Shown one piece after another: positions 1 to 9,349 of a stretch of DNA of 64,000 nucleotides. The stretch is taken from the NCBI GenBank assembly GCA_963767005.1, contig CAVYCN010000008.1, positions 32,001 to 96,000 on the forward strand, in the 5' to 3' direction. The DNA is from an uncultured Actinomycetes bacterium. Its GTDB lineage: Bacteria > Actinomycetota > Thermoleophilia > UBA2241. The stretch's first letter is position 1. Every line of letters starts with the position of its first letter. The position numbers were made by a program, and so were the translations under genes. A model generated the notes under the pieces. That model was not told where the DNA came from. It did no database searches and was given only the letters and a program-made list of their open reading frames with translations.

Positions 1-474
1 CCGCGCGACGCGCTGCTCGGCCGCCTGCCCGGCACCACGGTCTGGTGGTCGCTGCGCGAGCGTCCCGACGCCGAGCAGCTCGCCGGTGTCGTCGCCTACC
101 GCTTCGACGCACCGCTCTACTTCGCCAACGCGACGCGCTTCCACGAGCGGGTCCGCGAGCTGGTCGACGCTGCGCGTCCCACGCCCCGCCTCTTCGTGCT
201 CGACGCGTCCGGCATCGACGACGTCGACTACACCGGCGGTCGGGCGCTGCTCAGCCTGGTGGACGAGCTCAAGGCCGGTGGCGTCGACGTGGCGGTGGCG
301 AGGGCGACCGGCGATGTGCCGCGCGACACGGCTCGCGCCGGTCTGCGCCGCCACGTGCCCGACGACCACATCTTCGTCACCGTCGACGACGCGGTGCGCG
401 CCCTCGGGCCCCGGGCCGGCGACGCCGGGACGGGGCCGCGCCAGACGCCTGACGCTCGGCCGGCGCGCGAGTAG
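1..474 (+). CDS. SulP-family anion permease, C-terminal STAS domain (5' partial)
   Basis: Frame 1 is open from base 1: ...YRFDAPLYFANA...VLDASGIDDVDYTG, the typical SulP STAS signature. Confidence 0.85.
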   Translation, partial: PRDALLGRLPGTTVWWSLRERPDAEQLAGVVAYRFDAPLYFANATRFHERVRELVDAARPTPRLFVLDASGIDDVDYTGGRALLSLVDELKAGGVDVAVARATGDVPRDTARAGLRRHVPDDHIFVTVDDAVRALGPRAGDAGTGPRQTPDARPARE

Positions 475-557
475 ACTGTCCCGGCCGCCGCGCACGGCGG
501 CCCCGCTCCGGCGGCGCCATGCAGCCCGAGCGACCACAAAGCCCTGGAGGCAGACAC

Positions 558-1382
558 ATGACCACACGGCGTCCGCTCGCTCTCGTCACCGGCGCCTCGT
601 CGGGCATCGGCCGGGCGCTGGCCCGGCTGCTGGCCCGCGAAGGCTACGACCTGATCGTCGCGGCGCGTCGCCGCGAGCGGCTCGAGGAGCTCGCCGCCGA
701 GCTCGCGCGGCACTGCGTGCGCGTCGAACCGGTGGTCGCCGACCTGACGGCGCCGGCCGACGTCGAGCGGCTCGCCGAGCAAGCGGCCGCCGCGCCGCTC
801 GCGCTGCTCGTCAACAACGCCGGCTTCGGCGGCTACGGTCCGTTCGTCGAGATCGACCCCGACGTCCTGCGCGGCCTGCTCGCGATCCACGTGACCACGC
901 CGGCCACGCTCGTGCGGGCCGCTCTGCCCGGCATGGTGGCGCGCGCCGCCGGCGCCGTCGTCACCGTCTCGTCGCTGCTCGCGCTGAGCGGGCCGCTGCG
1001 CCTGGGCATGGCCGGGCGCGCGACGTACGCGGGCGCGAAGTCGTTCCAGCTCGTCTTCACGCAGGCGCTGGCGGCCGAGCTCGAGGGCAGCGGCGTGCAC
1101 GCCATGGTGTGCCTGCCCGGCATGGTCGAGAGCGAGTTCCACGGCGGACGCTCGCTCGCCGGCCGGCCGGGCGTGCCGCCACTCATGAGCGCCGAGGACT
1201 GTGCCGCCGCGATCGTCGCCGGCCTGGCCCAGCGTGAGGTCGTGTGCGTGCCCGGGCTCGACGGCGCGCCGGCCGTCTTCGAGCGGCTCGCCGAGCTGCA
1301 GCGAGCCGCGCTGGCCGCCGGCAACCGCAGCGGCGGCCTGGCGGCACGCTACGGCGGGCCGGAGGCGGGCAGCACGGCATAG
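558..1382 (+). CDS. Short-chain dehydrogenase/reductase (SDR)
   Basis: TGASSGIG, NNAGFG and YAGAK (YxxxK) motifs; GGAGG RBS before ATG 558. Confidence 0.9.
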   Translation: MTTRRPLALVTGASSGIGRALARLLAREGYDLIVAARRRERLEELAAELARHCVRVEPVVADLTAPADVERLAEQAAAAPLALLVNNAGFGGYGPFVEIDPDVLRGLLAIHVTTPATLVRAALPGMVARAAGAVVTVSSLLALSGPLRLGMAGRATYAGAKSFQLVFTQALAAELEGSGVHAMVCLPGMVESEFHGGRSLAGRPGVPPLMSAEDCAAAIVAGLAQREVVCVPGLDGAPAVFERLAELQRAALAAGNRSGGLAARYGGPEAGSTA

Positions 1383-1478
1383 CCGCCGGCCCGCGCGAGC
1401 GCGCGGCGTCGCGAGCGCGGCCGCCTCGCGCGCGCTCGCGAGCGACGCCACTGGCGCGCGGGCTCGGCGGGCTCGCTC

Positions 1479-2891
1479 TCAGTCGCCCTGGGAGCGGCGC
1501 CGCATGCGCTCCCACAGCCCGGGGCCGGTCGCCTGACCGCGGCGCCGCAGCTCGCGCCAGCTCGCGGCGTGCTCGACGTCGACCAGCCGGTTGCTGCGGT
1601 TGCGCGTCGTCATCTGCAGGAGCCAGCGCAGCAGCGTGACCCCGCGGTTGCCCCAGCCGATCAGGTAGTAGAGGTGGATGAAGGCCCACAGCACCGAGCC
1701 GGGAAAGCCGCCGACGCGCAGGCCGTAGGCGTCGACCACCGCGCGCCGCGGGCCGACCGTCGCCATTGTGCCCTTGTCGCGGTAGCGGAAGGTCGCCGGC
1801 GCCGGCCGGCCGGCGACGCGCGCCGCGATGACCGAGGCGACGAAGCGCCCCTCCTGCATGGCCACGGGGGCGACGCCGGGCAGGTCGTCGACCGCGGCGA
1901 CGTCGCCGACGACGAACACCTCGGGACGACCCGGCAGGCTGAGATCGGGGGCGACGACGAGGCGGCCGATGCGGTCGCGGGCGGCGCCGGCGGCGGCCGC
2001 CAGGGCGGCCGCCGCCGGCGCCGCCCGCACTCCCGCCGCCCAGATGATCGTGTGGCTGCGGATGCGCTCGCCCGTCCCCTTTTCGGCGTCGCTCGCCCGC
2101 ACGTTCACGCCGCCGACGTCGATCTCCTCGGCGAGGGCGCCGGTGCTGATCTCTACGCCCAGGCTGCGCAGGTCGCGCGCCGCGCGCTGCGACAGCGCGG
2201 CGGGAAAGCGCGGCAGGATGGCGGGCGCGGCGTCCATCAGCAGGACGCGTGCCTCACGCGTCGCCACGTTGCGAAAGTCGCGCGGCAGGACGCGATGGGC
2301 GAGCGTCGCGATCTCGCCGGTGAGCTCGACGCCGGTCGGCCCGGCGCCGATCACGACGAACGTGAGCCAGGCGCGGCGTTCCTCGGGGTCGGCGGCAAGC
2401 TCGGCCATCTCGAAGGCGCCCAGGATGTGGCTGCGCAGCCAGCGCGCGTCCTCGAGGCTCTTGAGGCCCGGGGCGGCGGCGGCCCAGTCGTCGTGGCCGA
2501 AGTAGTCGGTCTCGACGCCGGTGGCAAGGGCGAGGATGTCGTAGGGCAGGTCGAACGGCCGGCCGTCGGGCGCGACCGCCTGCACCGAGCGCGCCGCGAC
2601 GTCGAAGTCGACGACCTCGGCCAGCAGCACGGCGGCGTTGTCCTGGTCGCGCAGCACGCCGCGGAGCGCCGGGGCGACCGAGCCCTCGTCTATGGTGCCG
2701 GTCGCGACCTGGTAGAGCAGCGGCTGGAAGAGGTGGTGATTGACGCGGTCGACGAGCGTCACCTCGACGGGCGCCGTCGCCAGCGCGCGGGCGAGGTAGA
2801 GGCCGGCGAAGCCGCCGCCGACCACCACGACGCGGGGTCGTGCGGCGGCGGCGCCATCCTGAAGGTCTGTCTCGCTGGTCGCGTCGCTCAT
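1479..2891 (-). CDS. ndh: Type II NADH dehydrogenase (NAD(P)/FAD oxidoreductase)
   Basis: VVVVGGGFAG, HHLFQPLLYQVATG, GAGPTGVE, PGVAPVAMQEG, FRYRDKGTMATVG. Confidence 0.9.
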   Translation of the reverse strand: MSDATSETDLQDGAAAARPRVVVVGGGFAGLYLARALATAPVEVTLVDRVNHHLFQPLLYQVATGTIDEGSVAPALRGVLRDQDNAAVLLAEVVDFDVAARSVQAVAPDGRPFDLPYDILALATGVETDYFGHDDWAAAAPGLKSLEDARWLRSHILGAFEMAELAADPEERRAWLTFVVIGAGPTGVELTGEIATLAHRVLPRDFRNVATREARVLLMDAAPAILPRFPAALSQRAARDLRSLGVEISTGALAEEIDVGGVNVRASDAEKGTGERIRSHTIIWAAGVRAAPAAAALAAAAGAARDRIGRLVVAPDLSLPGRPEVFVVGDVAAVDDLPGVAPVAMQEGRFVASVIAARVAGRPAPATFRYRDKGTMATVGPRRAVVDAYGLRVGGFPGSVLWAFIHLYYLIGWGNRGVTLLRWLLQMTTRNRSNRLVDVEHAASWRELRRRGQATGPGLWERMRRRSQGD

Positions 2892-2981
2892 GGCGCCGGC
2901 ATCATACCGCGTCCGGCACGGCCGCCGGCGGTGGCGGGCAGCGCGATAAGATGCCGGCGAGGCGACGGGACGGGAGGCCGG

Positions 2982-3731
2982 GTGGAAGCGAAGGTCGTGG
3001 TGCTGGTGGCGGCGACGAGCGAGTGGCGCGCCCTCGAGGTGCTCTGGCCGGCGCCGGCGCGGCGGTCCTCGCCGTTCGGGGAGTGGTTCGTCCTGCCCGA
3101 CGAGGCGGCCGGTCCCGGCGTCGTCGTGCTCCACGGGGGCTGGGGCAAGATCGCGGCGGCGGCCGCGACGCAGTACGCGATCGACCGCTTCGCGCCCGAG
3201 CTGCTCGTGAACCTCGGCACCTGCGGCGGCCTCGCCGGCGACGTCGAGCGCGGCGAGGTGCTGCTCGCCGACGAGACGCTCGTCTACGACATCGTCGAGC
3301 GCATGACCGACCCCGACGAGGCGATCGCCGCCTTCACCACCCGCATCGACCTGTCGTGGCTCGGGCCGTCGCCGTGGCCCACGCCGGTGCGCCGCGCCCG
3401 CCTCGTGTCGGCCGACGGTGACATCGCGCCGGCCCGGGTCGTCGAGCTGCGGGAGCGCTTCGCGGCCGTCGCCGCCGACTGGGAGAGCGGCGCCATCGCC
3501 TGGACGGCGGCGCGCAGCGGTGTGCCCTGCCTCATCCTGCGTGCGGTGAGCGACCTGGTCGACGGGGCGGCCGGCGAGGTCTACGACGACTACGCCGAGT
3601 TCGAGCGTCGCAGCCGCGCCGTGATGGAGACGCTGCTCGCCGCGCTGCCGGCCTGGCTCGCGGCGTGGGAGCGGCGGCCGCCGGGCTGGCGCCCGGCCGC
3701 CGCCGGCCGGCCCTCGACCGAGGGCCGTTGA
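2982..3731 (+). CDS. 5'-methylthioadenosine/S-adenosylhomocysteine nucleosidase (PNP_UDP_1 family)
   Basis: GWGKIAAA, VNLGTCGG, DWESGAIA, LRAVSD; GTG start with GGAGG RBS. Confidence 0.8.
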   Translation: MEAKVVVLVAATSEWRALEVLWPAPARRSSPFGEWFVLPDEAAGPGVVVLHGGWGKIAAAAATQYAIDRFAPELLVNLGTCGGLAGDVERGEVLLADETLVYDIVERMTDPDEAIAAFTTRIDLSWLGPSPWPTPVRRARLVSADGDIAPARVVELRERFAAVAADWESGAIAWTAARSGVPCLILRAVSDLVDGAAGEVYDDYAEFERRSRAVMETLLAALPAWLAAWERRPPGWRPAAAGRPSTEGR

Positions 3732-3799
3732 CGGGCGGTCTTGCCCGGCACAGCGCGGGAAACTGCTGGAGTGCAGGCAACGACCGATAGCACTCCGGA

Positions 3800-4009
3800 G
3801 TGAGCGGCACGTGGTTCCCGATCGGCAGTCACGGCGTGCTGCATGAGGTCGCCCAGTTCCTGCCGTCGTACTGGCTCGTGCAGGCAAGCCACGTCGGCGT
3901 CGGCGGCAGGAGCTGGACCGCGCTGGGGTGGATCACGATCGCGGTCTGGAGCGTGGCGCTCACTTTGCTTGCCGCCGTCGCCTATCGCCGCGACACGAAC
4001 CGGGTGTAG
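3800..4009 (+). pseudogene. Isolated C-terminal fragment of an ABC-2 type permease
   Basis: GTWFP...AQFLPSYWL...LAAVAYRRDT resembles the C-terminus of actinobacterial ABC-2 permeases; the N-terminal part and ATPase are absent. Confidence 0.55.
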
Positions 4010-4056
4010 GCGGCGGGGGCGCGGGCCGGCGTTCGTGTGCGGGCGGCAGGGCGCCC

Positions 4057-4802
4057 ATGGTCGGCGTCGAATCGCCAGGCGTCGTGGACAGCGGAGCTAC
4101 CATCGGCTGGCCGGAGAGTGCCGACGAGCTCGTCGAGCTGCAGGCGCGCCTCGCGGCGGCGACCGCGGCGCCGTGGTCGCGCCGCCGCCGCCGCGCGGCC
4201 TGCTCGTCGCCGGGGTCTTCGTCACGTTCCCGACCGGCGCGAGCGGGCCGGGACACGCCGGCGACGCCGCCTGGGCCGCCGCGGCCACGGAGCGCGACGG
4301 CGCGCCGGTCGAGGAGGTCGTGGCGCGCGGCGTGGCGGGCGCGCCCTACCGCGCCGGGCTGCTCGCCCTGCGCGAGGGGGCGCTGCTCGAGGCCGCCCTG
4401 CGCACCCTCGCGGAGCGCCCCGATCTCGTGCTGGTCGACGCCACCGGGCGCGACCACCCACGCCGCGCCGGCCTCGCTGCGCACCTGGGCGCCGTCCTTG
4501 CGCTGCCCACGATCGGGGTGACCGATCGGGCTCTCGCCGCGACGGCCGTCACGCCTGGCGAGGAGCGGGGCGCGAGCGCCCCGCTCCTGCTCGACGGCGA
4601 GACGGTGGGCTACGCGGTGCGCACGCGTGCCGGCATCAGGCCGCTGCTGGCCCACGCCGGTTGGCGCACGACGCCCGAGCAGGCGCGCGACCTGCTGCTC
4701 GCGCTCACGCCGCGCTGGCGCACGCCGCGACCTCTGCGCGCGGCGCGCACGCTGGCGCGCGTCGCGCGCGCAGCCGGCGAGGGGCGCCTGCCGGGCGGCT
4801 GA
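4057..4802 (+). pseudogene. nfi: Endonuclease V, frameshifted near 4180
   Basis: The N-terminus WPESADELVELQARLA is in one frame; YRAGLLALRE, LVDATGRDHPRRAGLA and PTIGV are in another. Confidence 0.7.
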
Positions 4803-4955
4803 GCACCTGCTCGAGCGGTCGCGCGAGGCGTCAACGTCGCCCGCGCGGCCGGAGGTAGGATACGGTGACGCGGGCGGCCTTTGGCCACCCGCGGACGACG
4901 ACGATCGACAGGAAGAGGCGATGGCCGACAGCAGCTCGAGCGGGGGGGCACCGAC

Positions 4956-5213
4956 GTGAGCACGCCCGCGCGCTCGAGGTCGTCGATGGCGCGCCTCGTC
5001 CTGGGCGTGCTGGTCGGCGCGATCGCCGTGGCCGTCGTCGCTTTCGTCACGCAGAACCGTCACCAGGTCAAGCTGACCTGGCTCGTCTGGAGCTTCTCGT
5101 GGCCGCTGTGGCTGCTGCTCGTCGTGACGATCGGTCTCTCGCTGCTTGCCTGGCAGCTGCTCGTGCTCGCGCTGCGGTTCCGGCGGCGCCGGTCCCGCTC
5201 GACGCTTCGGTAG
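4956..5213 (+). CDS. LapA/DUF1049-like small membrane protein
   Basis: TM-FVTQN-x-V-x-LTWL-W-x-PLW-TM pattern with a basic tail; the true start may be ATG 4921 via a G7 indel. Confidence 0.6.
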   Translation: MSTPARSRSSMARLVLGVLVGAIAVAVVAFVTQNRHQVKLTWLVWSFSWPLWLLLVVTIGLSLLAWQLLVLALRFRRRRSRSTLR

Positions 5214-5264
5214 GCGCGCCGCCGCCCGTCCGCGCGGCGGGCCGGGAAACGACAAGGAGTCGCC

Positions 5265-6200
5265 GTGGCCGACAAGACCTTTCGCAACCTCGCGGAGTTC
5301 ATCGCGCCGTTCCGGGTGACGCCCGGCCGGCGCGTGCGCCTGGCCCGCGACTACGATCCCGCCTTCAGGGCGCACTACCTGAAGAAAAAAGACGGCGCGG
5401 AGTTCCTGCAGCAGGGCGTGGCGCTGCTCAGCGACTATCAGGCGCGCCTGGCCGCGCAGGACACCTGGGGGCTGCTCGTCGTGCTCCAGGCTCTCGACGC
5501 CGCCGGCAAGGACGGCACCATCCGTCACGTCATGAGCGGCGTCAACCCGCAGGGGGTGGCCGTCTCGAGCTTCAAGACGCCGTCGGCCGAGGAGCTCGAC
5601 CACGACTTCCTCTGGCGCTACGCGCGGCGGCTGCCGCGGCGCGGCGAGATCGGCATCTTCAATCGCTCCCACTACGAAGAGGTCCTGGTCGTGCGCGTGC
5701 ACCCGGAGCTGCTCGGGGCGCAGCGGCTGCCGAAGGCGGCGACCCGGCGCGACGTCTGGCGCCGCCGCTACCGCGAGATCAACGACTGGGAGCGCTACCT
5801 GTCCGACAACGGCCTGCGGGTCGTCAAGCTGCTGCTCAACGTCTCGCGTGAGGAGCAGCGCCGGCGCTTCCTGGCGCGCATCGACAGCCCCGATAAGAAC
5901 TGGAAGTTCTCGGCCCACGACGTGGCCGAGCGCCGCTACTGGGACGACTACCAGAAGGCCTTCTCGGAGATGTTGTCGGCCACGAGCACGACGTGGGCGC
6001 CGTGGCATGTGATCCCCGCCGACCACAAGTGGTTCGCGCGGGCCGCCGCCGCCGCCGTCATCGTGCACGCCCTCAAGGAGATCGACCCGCGGTACCCCAA
6101 GGTCGACGAGGCGACGCACACGGAGCTGCTGCAGGCCAGGACCGAGCTCGAGGCCGAGGGCGGCGGCGAGTCGGCGCCGACCTCCGGCACCGCCGGCTGA
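5265..6200 (+). CDS. ppk2: Polyphosphate kinase 2 family (polyP:nucleotide phosphotransferase)
   Basis: QALDAAGKDGTI, FNRSHYEEVL, KNWKFS, APWHVIPADHKW. Confidence 0.92.
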   Translation: MADKTFRNLAEFIAPFRVTPGRRVRLARDYDPAFRAHYLKKKDGAEFLQQGVALLSDYQARLAAQDTWGLLVVLQALDAAGKDGTIRHVMSGVNPQGVAVSSFKTPSAEELDHDFLWRYARRLPRRGEIGIFNRSHYEEVLVVRVHPELLGAQRLPKAATRRDVWRRRYREINDWERYLSDNGLRVVKLLLNVSREEQRRRFLARIDSPDKNWKFSAHDVAERRYWDDYQKAFSEMLSATSTTWAPWHVIPADHKWFARAAAAAVIVHALKEIDPRYPKVDEATHTELLQARTELEAEGGGESAPTSGTAG

Positions 6201-6250
6201 CGGCCGGCGCGGCGACGTCGCGCCGTCGCCCCGCGTGCCCGAGCGGCCGC

Positions 6251-7714
6251 CTACGGCAGCCCGGCGACGACGTGCTCGAGCAGCCGGATGAGAGGCGAGG
6301 GGTAGACGCCGAAGAACAGCACGGCGGCGACCACGACGGCGAGGGTCGAGGGGCCGGCGAGCCGGCCGGCGGCTGTGGCCAGGGGCGGCAGCGCCGCCGC
6401 GGCGTCTGCTTCGAGCGGCTTCTGCACGTACATGGCGACGACGATCCGCGTGTAGTAGTAGAGGCCGACGGTGCTCGTCGACACGAGCACGATGAGCAGC
6501 CACCACAGGTTCGAGCCGGCGCCGGCCGTCACCACGTAGAACTTGGCGAGGAAGCCGGCCGTCAGCGGGATGCCGGCCAGCGAGAACAGCACCGCGGCGA
6601 AGGTGCCGGCGAGCAGCGGCCGGCGGGCGCCGAGGCCGCGGTAGTCGTCGATCCGCTCGGCGTCGCGGCCGTCGGGGCCGGACAGCTCGGCGACGACGCC
6701 GAAGGCGCCCAGCGTGGTCGCGAAGTAGGCGACGAGGTAGAAGAGCACGGCGACCGCCGCCGTGCGGCCGAGGGCGAGGAAGGCGACCAGGATGTAGCCG
6801 AGGTGAGCGATCGACGAGTAGGCGAGCAGCCGCTTGACGTTGGTCTGCAGGAGCGCGAGCAGGTTGCCGGCCACCATCGACGCGGCGGCGATCGCGGCGA
6901 AGATCACCCAGACGGTGTCGTGCGGCGCGAGCGTCACGTGACGGAAGTAGCGCAGCAGGAGCGCCACCATGGCGCCCTTCGAGACCGTCGCGACGAAGGC
7001 GGTGACCGGCGCCGGCGCGGCCTGGTAGATGTCGGGCGTCCACATGTGGAACGGTACGACGCCGAGCTTGAAGCCGATCCCCACGATGATCAGGGCCAGG
7101 CCGCCGATCAGCACCTCGGTCTCGCCGGCGCCGCCGGTCACGTGCAGGCCGGCGAGCCCGCTCAGGCTCATCGTGCCGGTCTCGGCGTAGACGAGCGCCA
7201 TGCCGAAGAGCAGGAACGCGGCGGTGGCGGCCGCCAGCACGAGGTACTTGACGCCGGCCTCGATGAACTCGGGACGCTTGCGCGGGTAGGCGATCAGCGT
7301 GTAGAGCGAGACCGAGAGCACCTCGAGGCCTAAGAAGAACGAGGCGAAGTGGGTCGAGGCGACCAGGGCGGCGCCCCCGAGCGTGGCGAGCAGCAGCAGC
7401 GTGTAGTAGTCGTGGGGCCGCTCGCCGCGGCGCTCGAGGTAGCCGTACGACAGCAGCACGACGCCGGCCGTGGTGGCCGCGAGCAAGCCGATGAAGAACA
7501 GGGTGTAGTCGTCGAGCAGCAGCAGAGGAGTCACCTGCCGGTCGGCGCGCGTGGCCGCGACCGGCAGCATGGCGACCGTCCAGGCGAGGCCGGCGAGCGT
7601 GAGCCCTACAGTGAGCCGGTGGCTGCGGTGGAAGGTGCTGGCGACCATCACGATCACCGGCGACAGCGTGAGCGCGATGAAGGGCAGCAGGGTGACGGCG
7701 TCGGCGGGCTTCAC
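6251..7714 (-). CDS. nuoN: NADH-quinone oxidoreductase subunit N
   Basis: EAGVKY, FKLGVVPFHMWTPDIYQAAP, KRLLAYSSIAH, SLAGIPLTAGF. Confidence 0.93.
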   Translation of the reverse strand: MKPADAVTLLPFIALTLSPVIVMVASTFHRSHRLTVGLTLAGLAWTVAMLPVAATRADRQVTPLLLLDDYTLFFIGLLAATTAGVVLLSYGYLERRGERPHDYYTLLLLATLGGAALVASTHFASFFLGLEVLSVSLYTLIAYPRKRPEFIEAGVKYLVLAAATAAFLLFGMALVYAETGTMSLSGLAGLHVTGGAGETEVLIGGLALIIVGIGFKLGVVPFHMWTPDIYQAAPAPVTAFVATVSKGAMVALLLRYFRHVTLAPHDTVWVIFAAIAAASMVAGNLLALLQTNVKRLLAYSSIAHLGYILVAFLALGRTAAVAVLFYLVAYFATTLGAFGVVAELSGPDGRDAERIDDYRGLGARRPLLAGTFAAVLFSLAGIPLTAGFLAKFYVVTAGAGSNLWWLLIVLVSTSTVGLYYYTRIVVAMYVQKPLEADAAAALPPLATAAGRLAGPSTLAVVVAAVLFFGVYPSPLIRLLEHVVAGLP

Positions 7715-9279
7715 TGCGGCGCTCCGGTGTCCGACCCGGTGGGCTCGGTCGCCACGCCCGGACCGGCGGGGCGGTCGGCGGCGGACGCCGCCGGGGCGTT
7801 GCGCACGGCGTGCTGCTGCAGGGCGGTCAGGCTGGGTCGCACGGCGTTGAAGATCGGCTGGGGGTAGACGCCGAGCCAGAGCAGCGGCGTCGCCATGGCC
7901 GCCAGCATGACGCCCTCGGCCGGCGAGAGGTCCTTCATGACCACGGCCGGGGTCTCGCGCCCCTGGAAGACGCGCTGCACGATCCACAGCGAGTAGACGG
8001 TGGCGGCCACCAGGCCGACCGCGCCCAGCACGGTGGCCGGTTCGCTCACGCGCCAGGTGCCGAGGAGGATGAGGAACTCGGCCACGAAGTTGCCGAGGGT
8101 GGGCAGGCCGAGCGAGGCCAGGGCGAAGACGAGAGCCGCCGCGCCCATGCGCGGCGCGGTGATCCAGAGGCCGCCCATCTTCTCCATGTCGCGGGTGTGC
8201 AGGCGGTCCTGCATGAGGCCGACGATGGCAAACAGGGCGCCGGTCGAGAAGGCGTGGCAGACGATCTCGAGCACCGCGCCCTGCAGGGCGAGCGAGTTCC
8301 AGGCGAAGATCGCGAGCAGCACGAAGCCCATGTGACTGACGCTCGTGTAGGCGACCAGGCGCTTGAGGTCGCGCTGGGCGAAGGCGAGCACGGCGCCGTA
8401 GAGGATGCCGAGCACGGCGAGCGCCATGAACAGCGGCGCCAGGCGGAAGGCGGCGTGCGGGAACAGCGGCACCATGAAGCGGATCATCCCGTAGGCGCCG
8501 ATCTTGATGAGCAGCCCGGCGAGCACGAGGCTGCCGGCGGTCGGCGCCTGCGTATGGGCGTCGGGCAGCCAGGTGTGCAGCGGCACGGCCGGCAGCTTGA
8601 CGGCGAAGGCGGCGAAGAAACCGAGCAGCAGCCAGGTGGCGGTGGCCGTCGACAGGTGCGTGCCGAGCAGGCGCAGGTAATCGAAGGTGTAGACGCCCGT
8701 CTGGCGGCCGTGGATGACGTAGAGCGCGATGATCGCGACCAGCATGAGCAGGCCGCCGATCTGGGTGAACAGGAAGAACTTGATCGCCGCGTAGACGCGC
8801 CGCTCGTGGCCCCAGAGCGCGATCAGGAAGTACATCGGCACGAGCATCATCTCGAACAGGAAGTAGAAGAGGAACAGGTCGAGGGCGGTGAACACGCCGA
8901 CCAGGGCGGCGATCGTCCAGAGCAGCATGAAGTGGAAGAAGCCGACGCGCTCGGTGACCTCGTGCCACGACGACAGCACGGCCAGCAGGCCCAGCGCGTA
9001 GCAGAGCGTGACGAGCAGCAGGCTGAGGCCGTCGGCCGCCAGGAAGAAGCTGATGCCGAGCTGCGGCACCCAGCTCGCGTGCACGCTGACCACGAAGGGG
9101 CCGTGCGCGGCGATGCTCAGGGCGTGGCCTTTCAGCGCCCACTCGACGACCGTGGCGACCAGGCCGGCGCCCATGGCGAGCGCCGACACCCAGCGGGCGA
9201 CGTCGGGGCGCCGGCGGCCGGCGATCCAGGCGACGACGCCGGCGACGAAGGGCCAGGCGAGCAGCGCGACGAGGATCAT
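7711..9279 (-). CDS. nuoM: NADH-quinone oxidoreductase subunit M
   Basis: FEMMLVPMY, AVKLPAVPLHTWLPDAH, LKRLVAYTSVSHMG. Confidence 0.95.
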   Translation of the reverse strand: MILVALLAWPFVAGVVAWIAGRRRPDVARWVSALAMGAGLVATVVEWALKGHALSIAAHGPFVVSVHASWVPQLGISFFLAADGLSLLLVTLCYALGLLAVLSSWHEVTERVGFFHFMLLWTIAALVGVFTALDLFLFYFLFEMMLVPMYFLIALWGHERRVYAAIKFFLFTQIGGLLMLVAIIALYVIHGRQTGVYTFDYLRLLGTHLSTATATWLLLGFFAAFAVKLPAVPLHTWLPDAHTQAPTAGSLVLAGLLIKIGAYGMIRFMVPLFPHAAFRLAPLFMALAVLGILYGAVLAFAQRDLKRLVAYTSVSHMGFVLLAIFAWNSLALQGAVLEIVCHAFSTGALFAIVGLMQDRLHTRDMEKMGGLWITAPRMGAAALVFALASLGLPTLGNFVAEFLILLGTWRVSEPATVLGAVGLVAATVYSLWIVQRVFQGRETPAVVMKDLSPAEGVMLAAMATPLLWLGVYPQPIFNAVRPSLTALQQHAVRNAPAASAADRPAGPGVATEPTGSDTGAPQ

Positions 9280-9349
9280 GGCGTCACCTCGCGGCCGGCC
9301 GCACCGCGGGCGCCGGTGGCGATGTCGTCGAGGCGCTGACTCGCCCTGC

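Noticed and set aside
1383-1478. Nested GC palindromes between the SDR gene and ndh
   Set aside because: Probably just a terminator-like structure between convergent genes; low complexity and no second copy seen
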